From positions 96,001 to 160,000 of the forward strand of contig JBEKDT010000005.1 of the NCBI GenBank assembly GCA_050014195.1: a DNA stretch of 64,000 nt. Reading direction: 5' to 3'. Below are positions 57,662 through 64,000 of the stretch, piece after piece; position 1 is the stretch's first letter; every line of letters begins with the position of its first letter. The DNA comes from Desulfomonilia bacterium. Its GTDB lineage: Bacteria; Desulfobacterota; Desulfomonilia; UBA1062. The notes under the pieces are model-generated. The model had not been told where the DNA came from. It searched no databases and was given only the letters and a program-made list of their open reading frames with translations. The position numbers and the translations under genes are program-made.

Positions 57662-58470
57662 CAATATCTGTGGTCCTCCTCCTTTACTTTTTAGCCAGCC
57701 TCGGCTTCATCACCTATCTCTTCTTAAAAAAAAGGGGGGGGCAAGCCCCATTGAGGATATTGTACGCAGCCTGTGTTGCCTGCCATCTCCTCTTCGTCAT
57801 TACCCTTTGGCACACCACAGGGCAGTTGCCCATGGCCACGCCGGCCCAGGCAATCAATATGCTTATCCTCTTCTCATCGTTGGCCTTCATGCCCTTTGTT
57901 CTGAGGAAAAACACCACAGTGCTCGCTGCCTTCTTCCTGCCGGTTGCCGCCTTTGTACTCGCCTTCATCGCCGCTTCCCTGCAGCCCGGCCATGAGGTGA
58001 TGATCGCCTCCTCCCGATACTGGTACCCGCTCCACACGATAAGTGTGATTATGGGGGAGGCCTTCTTTGTGGTGGCAGCCATTGCCTCGGTGGTATACCT
58101 CATCCACGAGCGGATCATCAAGAAAGGCTCCATCCATTCGTCCGTATCCGCCCTGCCGCCGCTGACATTGCTGGATTCCATCCTCTATATATCGCTTGCG
58201 CTGGGTTTCTTTGCCATTACGATAGGAATGATACTCGGAGGCCTCTGGGCATCATCCATGGGGCTCAGGTTCAGCCATATCGCCCCCAAGGTGCTTGCAG
58301 GCGGCCTGACATGGTCCGTGTTTGCCGTAAGCTTGCACCAGCGATATGCAATCGGCTGGAAAGGAAGGCGCACCGCCATCATCACCCTCATAGGATTCAC
58401 CTTGATGGTGCTGCTCTTCATCGCAATCAACCTTGCCTTCCCTGATTCCCACGGAATAAGGCTCATCTGA
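57658..58470 (+). CDS. CcsA/HemX-like membrane protein
   Basis: About 8 TM helices, conserved His residues, LPPL..LD, GWKGRR; precedes hemA. Confidence 0.8.
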   Translation: MTISVVLLLYFLASLGFITYLFLKKRGGQAPLRILYAACVACHLLFVITLWHTTGQLPMATPAQAINMLILFSSLAFMPFVLRKNTTVLAAFFLPVAAFVLAFIAASLQPGHEVMIASSRYWYPLHTISVIMGEAFFVVAAIASVVYLIHERIIKKGSIHSSVSALPPLTLLDSILYISLALGFFAITIGMILGGLWASSMGLRFSHIAPKVLAGGLTWSVFAVSLHQRYAIGWKGRRTAIITLIGFTLMVLLFIAINLAFPDSHGIRLI

Positions 58471-59705
58471 TGGAGAGGATCTGCTGTATCAGCATAAACC
58501 ACAAGAACGCCCCTGTAGACATCAGGGAGCGCATCAGAATCAGTCCCTTGGATATCCATGCCATCATGGAGGAGGATTCTGAGGCATTCCCCTTAAATAC
58601 CTGCAACCGGACCGAGGTGTACTGGACATCCCTGGATAAACGCTCTGTCTTTAAACTCCTGGGAAACCTCTCGGGCATCGACGAAGCAGGTTTGCGGCGG
58701 GTATCCGAATATCGTATCGGCAGGGAGGCGGTCCGCCATCTTTTCATGGTAGCATCCGGCTTGGATTCTCTCGTCATCGGCGAGCCCCAGATCTTGGGGC
58801 AGATGAAGGACGCCTACCGGGAGGCCCTTGCAGCCGACACGACCGACACCATCCTGAACAAGGCCCTCCACCGGGCATTCAGAACGGCCAAGCGCATCCG
58901 CACCGAGACCAGCATCGGGAACTATCCCGTCTCAGTGGCTTCAGAGGCGGTGGAACTGGCAAGCCATATATTCACAGATATCGGCGAGAGCACGGTTCTC
59001 ATCATCGGTGCAGGAGACATGGCAGGCATCGCGGCAAGGCGTTTAAAGGATAGGGGGGTAAAGCAACTGCACATCGTCAACCGAACCCACAGCGCAGCCT
59101 GTGACCTTGCCCAAGAGCTCGGCGGAATTGCGATACCCTTTGAGCACCTGTCAGATGAACTCTCAAAGAGTGATATCGTCATCACCTCCACAGGATCTGC
59201 CCGCCCTATCATCACCAAAGACCTTGTGGCCTCGGCCATGAAAACCAGAAAGAATAGACCCATCATCATCATCGACATCGCAGTTCCGAGGGATGTGGAG
59301 GATGCTGCAGGCAAGTGCTATAACTGTTATCTCTACGACATCGATGCGCTCAAGACCATCGTTGACAAACACTTTGCCCATAGGGAGTCTGAAGCAACCA
59401 GGGCGATTTCCATCATTGACGATGAGACCGACAAGTTCGAAAAATGGCTTGGTTCGCTGTCGGCCCAATCTACCATTAAGGATTTGTTTTCACTCATGGA
59501 TGCCCATATCGAAGACCAGCTTAGAGGACTCAGCGTCTCCCGGGAAGAACGCTCATTGCTGGAGCAGAGACTCCGCGCATCATACAAACGACTGCTGCAC
59601 CGGCCCGTGAGCTTCCTGAAGGAGCACCCTGACATGAGATATATCGAACATGTACGAAGGATATTCCAGCTCGATGAAGACTATTCGGATCGGTACAAGG
59701 GGTAG
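58470..59705 (+). CDS. hemA: Glutamyl-tRNA reductase
   Basis: TCNRTE, HLF.VASGLDS...GEPQILGQ, GAGDM, DIAVPRD. Confidence 0.97.
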   Translation: MERICCISINHKNAPVDIRERIRISPLDIHAIMEEDSEAFPLNTCNRTEVYWTSLDKRSVFKLLGNLSGIDEAGLRRVSEYRIGREAVRHLFMVASGLDSLVIGEPQILGQMKDAYREALAADTTDTILNKALHRAFRTAKRIRTETSIGNYPVSVASEAVELASHIFTDIGESTVLIIGAGDMAGIAARRLKDRGVKQLHIVNRTHSAACDLAQELGGIAIPFEHLSDELSKSDIVITSTGSARPIITKDLVASAMKTRKNRPIIIIDIAVPRDVEDAAGKCYNCYLYDIDALKTIVDKHFAHRESEATRAISIIDDETDKFEKWLGSLSAQSTIKDLFSLMDAHIEDQLRGLSVSREERSLLEQRLRASYKRLLHRPVSFLKEHPDMRYIEHVRRIFQLDEDYSDRYKG

Positions 59706-60564
59706 TGCCCTGGCCCTGGCCCAGGCGGAGATGGTGAGATCGGCGCTGCTCAAGGCAGCGCCCGGGGTAACCCTCAAGGTTCTCACCTTCAAGACAACGG
59801 GGGACATCCTGGTTGACGCATCGCTGGACACCATCGGAGGCAAGGGTGTGTTCGTCAAGGACATCGAGCGGAGACTCATTGACCACAGTATCGACCTGGC
59901 GGTCCACAGCCTGAAAGACATGCAGGCACTCCTGCCCCAAGGGCTTGTGATCGGTGCATATCTTATACGGGAAGACCATAGGGACATGCTCTTTTCACGG
60001 GGAAACTACAGCCTGGAAACCCTGCCGAAGGGCTCCCGCATCGGCACTTCCAGTATGAGGAGGAGATGCCAGCTCAAGATGTTCCGTCCGGACCTTAAGG
60101 TAGCGGATATCAGGGGGAATGTGCCGACCCGCCTGAAGAAACTCGGTGACGGACTCGATGCCGTCATCCTTGCGGCAGCAGGCGTCATCAGGCTTGGATT
60201 GCCGCTGGGCGTTGCCATTGATCCCCAAATAATGATACCCTCTCCCGGCCAGGGCATCATTGCCGTGGAGTGCAGGTCCGACGACCAGGATATTTTAGAG
60301 ATGCTCCGGAGCCTCAACCATGCAGCTACAGAAGTCTGTGCCGAGGCTGAGCGGGCCTTTCTGGCCACCCTCGGACAGGATTGCAACCTCCCTGCAGGTG
60401 CATTTGCCGTCGTGATCGGGGAAGAAATATCGATCACCGGAATGCTCGGTTCCCCCGACGAGACGGCCGTGGCAAGGATGTCGCTCATGGGAAAGACACC
60501 GGAGGTGGGAAGTCATCTGGCAAGAAAACTGATGGAAAAGATACACGGAAACAGTGCATTATGA
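59674..60564 (+). CDS. hemC: Hydroxymethylbilane synthase
   Basis: GTRGS.LA..Q, GGKGVF, AVHSLKD, GTSS.RR, RGNV.TR. Confidence 0.97.
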   Translation: MKTIRIGTRGSALALAQAEMVRSALLKAAPGVTLKVLTFKTTGDILVDASLDTIGGKGVFVKDIERRLIDHSIDLAVHSLKDMQALLPQGLVIGAYLIREDHRDMLFSRGNYSLETLPKGSRIGTSSMRRRCQLKMFRPDLKVADIRGNVPTRLKKLGDGLDAVILAAAGVIRLGLPLGVAIDPQIMIPSPGQGIIAVECRSDDQDILEMLRSLNHAATEVCAEAERAFLATLGQDCNLPAGAFAVVIGEEISITGMLGSPDETAVARMSLMGKTPEVGSHLARKLMEKIHGNSAL

Positions 60565-62042
60565 AGGTATTTCTCATTGGGGCAGGTCCGGGAGACCCGG
60601 AACTCATCACCCTTAAGGCCAAGCGCATCCTTGAAGGATGCGACGCCGTGGTCTATGACGACCTTATCCCCGAGGAGATCTTGGGGCTTGCTCCCGGGAA
60701 TGCCCGGAAGATCTATGTGGGCAAGCGCGGCGGCAAAGAATACATGAAGCAACCCGAGATCAATGATCTTCTGGTCAGCCTTGCCCGGGAAGGGCTCATA
60801 ATAGCCCGGGTCAAGGGTGGAGACCCCTGCATCTTCGGCCGAGGCGGCGAGGAGGCCCTTTTCCTGGCCGAGAACGGCATCCCCTTCGAGATCGTCCCCG
60901 GCATCACCTCTGCAATTGCCGGCCCCATCAGCGCGGGCATACCGCCAACACACCGGGGGCTCGCAGCTTCCGTGACATTTGTCACCGCCCACGAAGATCC
61001 CGCCAAGGAATCCGGATTCCTTGACTGGTCTCATCTGGCCAAGGAACCCGGCACCATCGTCTTTCTCATGGGTGCAGGCAGGATAGGCCCCATTGCATCC
61101 CGTCTCATGGAAGAAGGCATGAGAGCAGACACGCCTTGTGCCGTAGTCCAGGATGCCACCACCTCCTCTCAACGCCTTGTTGTCTCTACCCTTGAATCGA
61201 TAGGACAGGAGGCCGAACTTAAGCACATAGCCTCTCCGTGCATCATAATCGTAGGCAAAGTGGTGGGTCTGAGTGAAAAGCTCTCCGGCAAGAATGACCT
61301 CCCGCTTGCAGGCATGTCGGTCCTCATTACCCGGCCTGACCACCTGGCCCTCGAGACAGCCTCTCTCTTTGCATCCAAGGGCGCCCGGGCAGTGGTCTAT
61401 CCGCTCATTGAAATCTCTCCGCTCTCCTTTGAGCTCCCGGATCTGAAGACATATGACATGCTCATCTTCACCTCACAGAACGCGGTGAGCCTGTTCTTTG
61501 ATAAACTGTTTTCACATGGCCAAGATGCCAGGGCCTTTTCCGCCATCGAGGTCTTCTGCATCGGGCCCAAGACGCGGGATATCTTGAGATCCTACGGGAT
61601 CATCGCCGACGGTATGGCTCAAGAATTCCGGGCCGAGGGGATCGTGGAACTTCTCGGGGCAAGGGATCTTATCGGCAAAAAGGTGTGCCTGCCCCGTGCC
61701 AAAGGGGCAAGGCCCTACCTTGTGGAGGCCCTGCGGGAAAAGGGTGCAAAGGTGGATGAGATCATCGTCTATGATACCATCCTTCCTCGCAGTGCAACTC
61801 GTGAAGGATTCATGCAGGCCCTTCATGGCGTGGATACCGCTGTATTCACAAGTCCGTCCGGCATCAGGCATGCAGTTGAGCTCCTGGAGAGTAATCCTGC
61901 CACACTTGCCTCCAAGAGACTCGTTGCCATCGGTCCGGTTACGGCCAAGGCCATGGAGGGGTATGGCCTGACTCCGTCCCTTATCGCCGACGAATATACC
62001 GATGAAGGCATCATCAGGGCTTTGTTGGGGGAGACACCATGA
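60561..62042 (+). CDS. cobA: Uroporphyrinogen-III C-methyltransferase / synthase fusion (CobA-HemD)
   Basis: GAGPGDPELIT, KGGDP.IFGRGGEE; C-terminal LITRP, FTSQNAV, IGPKT, FTSPS. Confidence 0.93.
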   Translation: MKVFLIGAGPGDPELITLKAKRILEGCDAVVYDDLIPEEILGLAPGNARKIYVGKRGGKEYMKQPEINDLLVSLAREGLIIARVKGGDPCIFGRGGEEALFLAENGIPFEIVPGITSAIAGPISAGIPPTHRGLAASVTFVTAHEDPAKESGFLDWSHLAKEPGTIVFLMGAGRIGPIASRLMEEGMRADTPCAVVQDATTSSQRLVVSTLESIGQEAELKHIASPCIIIVGKVVGLSEKLSGKNDLPLAGMSVLITRPDHLALETASLFASKGARAVVYPLIEISPLSFELPDLKTYDMLIFTSQNAVSLFFDKLFSHGQDARAFSAIEVFCIGPKTRDILRSYGIIADGMAQEFRAEGIVELLGARDLIGKKVCLPRAKGARPYLVEALREKGAKVDEIIVYDTILPRSATREGFMQALHGVDTAVFTSPSGIRHAVELLESNPATLASKRLVAIGPVTAKAMEGYGLTPSLIADEYTDEGIIRALLGETP

Positions 62043-63211
62043 TCGGCATATCGAAGCTCTACTGCGGCACTGTCGAGGCATCGGATCCGCTGCGCTATGG
62101 CCGCTCATCCAAAGAGCTGCCATCTCATCTGCTTCAGTTCTCTGCCGACAAGAAACCCGTAGTGGTCTGGAACATCACGAGCGCCTGCAATCTCAAGTGT
62201 GTGCATTGCTATGCATCAGCGGGCAAGGCCACGGGTGAGCTCACGACAAGAGAGGGCCTTGAGCTGATTGCGACGCTCAAAGATTACGGTTCGCCGGTCA
62301 TCCTTTTTTCAGGCGGTGAGCCTATTATCCGCAAAGACCTCCCCACCCTCATCGAGGCCGCGGTAAAGTCGGGCATGCGTGCGGTTATCTCCACCAACGG
62401 CACGCTTATCTCGCAAGACATGGCCATGCATTTTGCGGACCTCGGCCTTTCCTACATCGGGGTGAGCCTGGACGGCATGGAAGAAGTAAACGACACCTTC
62501 AGGGGGGTTCAGGGCGCATTCAGGGACGCACTCCAAGGCATCTATAATGCCATGCACGAAGGCATCAAGGTGGGGCTGCGCTTCACCATGAACCGGCGAA
62601 ATGCAGATCAGATCAAAGGCATCTTCGACCTCATGAAGAATGAGGGCATCCCCAGGATATGCTTCTATCACCTGGTCTATACCGGCAGGGCCAGGGAGCT
62701 CATGGCAGAGGACCTCTCTCATGAGCAGACCAGGCAGACGCTTGACCTCATCATGGACCGGACAAAAGAGATGATCGATGCCGGGAAAGACGTTGAGGTG
62801 CTCACCGTGGACAACCATGCGGATGGCCCGTATGTGTACCTGCGCATGAAGCAGGAGGGCAGCCCCCGTGCAGGAGAGGTGCTGGAGCTGCTCAGGATGA
62901 ACGCAGGAAATTCGAGCGGCCTGGGCATCGGATGCATCAACTGGGACGGGGATGTCTACCCCGACCAATTCTGGCGCACCAAAGTGCTCGGCAATGTCCT
63001 GAAGAGGCCTTTCTCCGAGATCTGGGACAATAGGGACAACGAGTTCCTCATGCAGCTCAAGAACAAAAAGGACTATGTGCAGGGCAGATGCCGTTCCTGC
63101 AGGTGGCTCGATGTATGCGCCGGCAACTTCCGCGCCCGGGCCGAGGCGACTGCGGGCGACCCATGGGCCGAGGACCCGGCATGCTACCTGAGTGACGAAG
63201 AAATCACGTGA
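62039..63211 (+). CDS. ahbC: Radical SAM heme biosynthesis protein, 12,18-didecarboxysiroheme deacetylase
   Basis: MIGISKLYCG..LRYGR..LP.HLLQFS.DKKPVVVWN, CNLKCVHC, SPASM domain, DPACYL. Confidence 0.9.
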   Translation: MIGISKLYCGTVEASDPLRYGRSSKELPSHLLQFSADKKPVVVWNITSACNLKCVHCYASAGKATGELTTREGLELIATLKDYGSPVILFSGGEPIIRKDLPTLIEAAVKSGMRAVISTNGTLISQDMAMHFADLGLSYIGVSLDGMEEVNDTFRGVQGAFRDALQGIYNAMHEGIKVGLRFTMNRRNADQIKGIFDLMKNEGIPRICFYHLVYTGRARELMAEDLSHEQTRQTLDLIMDRTKEMIDAGKDVEVLTVDNHADGPYVYLRMKQEGSPRAGEVLELLRMNAGNSSGLGIGCINWDGDVYPDQFWRTKVLGNVLKRPFSEIWDNRDNEFLMQLKNKKDYVQGRCRSCRWLDVCAGNFRARAEATAGDPWAEDPACYLSDEEIT

Positions 63212-63250
63212 TTATCAATGCAACAAGTGACCAGAATACTGGACTTACTT

Positions 63251-64000
63251 TTATTCTGCTACAATCTTCTCCTTAATGAAATAAATATGGGATCTATCTT
63301 TCCAGGCAAGGTAATGAAGATCATGAGGGGTATCAAAAATAATCCTACCTCCCCCAATGGTAATAATTGAATTATATTGTTTTCCCTCTTTCCCATCAAC
63401 TATAACAAACTGTTTGTCATTTTCTTGAGCTACATATGCCCAGTGCTTTCCATCAGGACTGAATACAAAAGAGCCTACTGCGATATCATCATATCGCTTC
63501 CCTTCTTTCCCATCTATGACTATAAAGCACTTATTACCTCCTCGAACTACATACACCACATATGTGCTGTCTTGACTAAAGACAAGTGTACTACCTACGA
63601 TATTATCGTATTGCTTCCCTGTCTCCCTACCATCCACGACTACAAAATATTTAATACCGATTGAAGCTACATAAGCCACCTGCTTGCTATCAGGGCTAAA
63701 GATCGGAGTCCCCTTTCCGATGATATCGTATTGCTTTTCCTCTTTTCCGTCCACAACCACGAAGAATTTATCGTCTGTTTGCGCTACATATGCCACATGC
63801 TTGCTATCAGGGCTGAAAATGTATGAGTTATTCATGATTCCATCGTATGGCTTTTCCTCTTTCCCATCTACCACCATAAACATTTTCTTCTTGCCTACTT
63901 GAGCTGCATATATCAAGCGCTTGCTATCAGGGCTAAAAACTGGGCCACCTGTCGTAATGCTTCTATCAGGGTTAAAACTTGTGCTACTTGTGACAATGCT
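63251..64000 (-). CDS. TolB/PD40-like beta-propeller repeat protein, 5' end outside the window
   Basis: 39-40-aa repeats FSPDSKxVAYVA...FVVVDGKE.K.YD; frame stays open from 63916 to 64000; visibly AT-richer than the flank. Confidence 0.8.
   Translation of the reverse strand, partial: SIVTSSTSFNPDRSITTGGPVFSPDSKRLIYAAQVGKKKMFMVVDGKEEKPYDGIMNNSYIFSPDSKHVAYVAQTDDKFFVVVDGKEEKQYDIIGKGTPIFSPDSKQVAYVASIGIKYFVVVDGRETGKQYDNIVGSTLVFSQDSTYVVYVVRGGNKCFIVIDGKEGKRYDDIAVGSFVFSPDGKHWAYVAQENDKQFVIVDGKEGKQYNSIITIGGGRIIFDTPHDLHYLAWKDRSHIYFIKEKIVAE

Noticed and set aside
57726-57741. A8/G8-type homopolymer run as a phase-variation site
   Set aside because: The frame is intact (KKRGG) and the gene is housekeeping-type; no evidence of slippage.
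63251-64000. CRISPR array or DGR template suggested by 117-120-nt periodic repeats
   Set aside because: The repeats are in-frame beta-propeller blades; no cas or reverse transcriptase gene in the window.
1-64000. tRNA, rRNA, integrase, transposase or defence genes
   Set aside because: None recognised by eye; tRNAscan/Infernal would be needed to exclude small RNAs formally.

Overview
Mostly core-genome DNA, visually in the low-to-mid 50s % GC (not computed). Gene content suggests an anaerobic deltaproteobacterium (Desulfobacterota-like; inference). From left to right it carries an MSHA-like type IV pilus cluster, proC/coaE/pgeF, rpmH-rnpA-yidD-yidC-jag-mnmE-rsmG (no dnaA, mnmG or parAB alongside), rpoH-hsp20, cell-wall genes, leuS-lptE-holA/rpsT and oppDF. 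These are followed by a TPR/MglA-like GTPase/DUF4388 polarity module, recJ, nfeD, udg, coaBC, a sigma-54 regulator, a degenerate GGDEF/HD-GYP protein, murJ, a siroheme/Ahb heme operon and a low-GC beta-propeller gene cut by the window end. I found no rRNA, tRNA, CRISPR array or transposase. Five observations stand out. (1) A DUF1573-type exported protein is split by an in-frame UGA in a C-UGA-G motif with a SECIS-like hairpin, a probable selenoprotein. (2) A fixed-spacing T(A/C)AAN-N16-(C/T)CGAT (sigma-28-like) motif precedes six genes, including the major pilin and the MglA module. (3) A PilX-like N-terminus is fused to a PilY1-like adhesin. (4) A sigma-54/IHF promoter drives a 41-aa ORF and a probable c-di-GMP receptor. 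(5) mnmE appears to start at ACG. All calls come from motif recognition by eye; no database searches were run.
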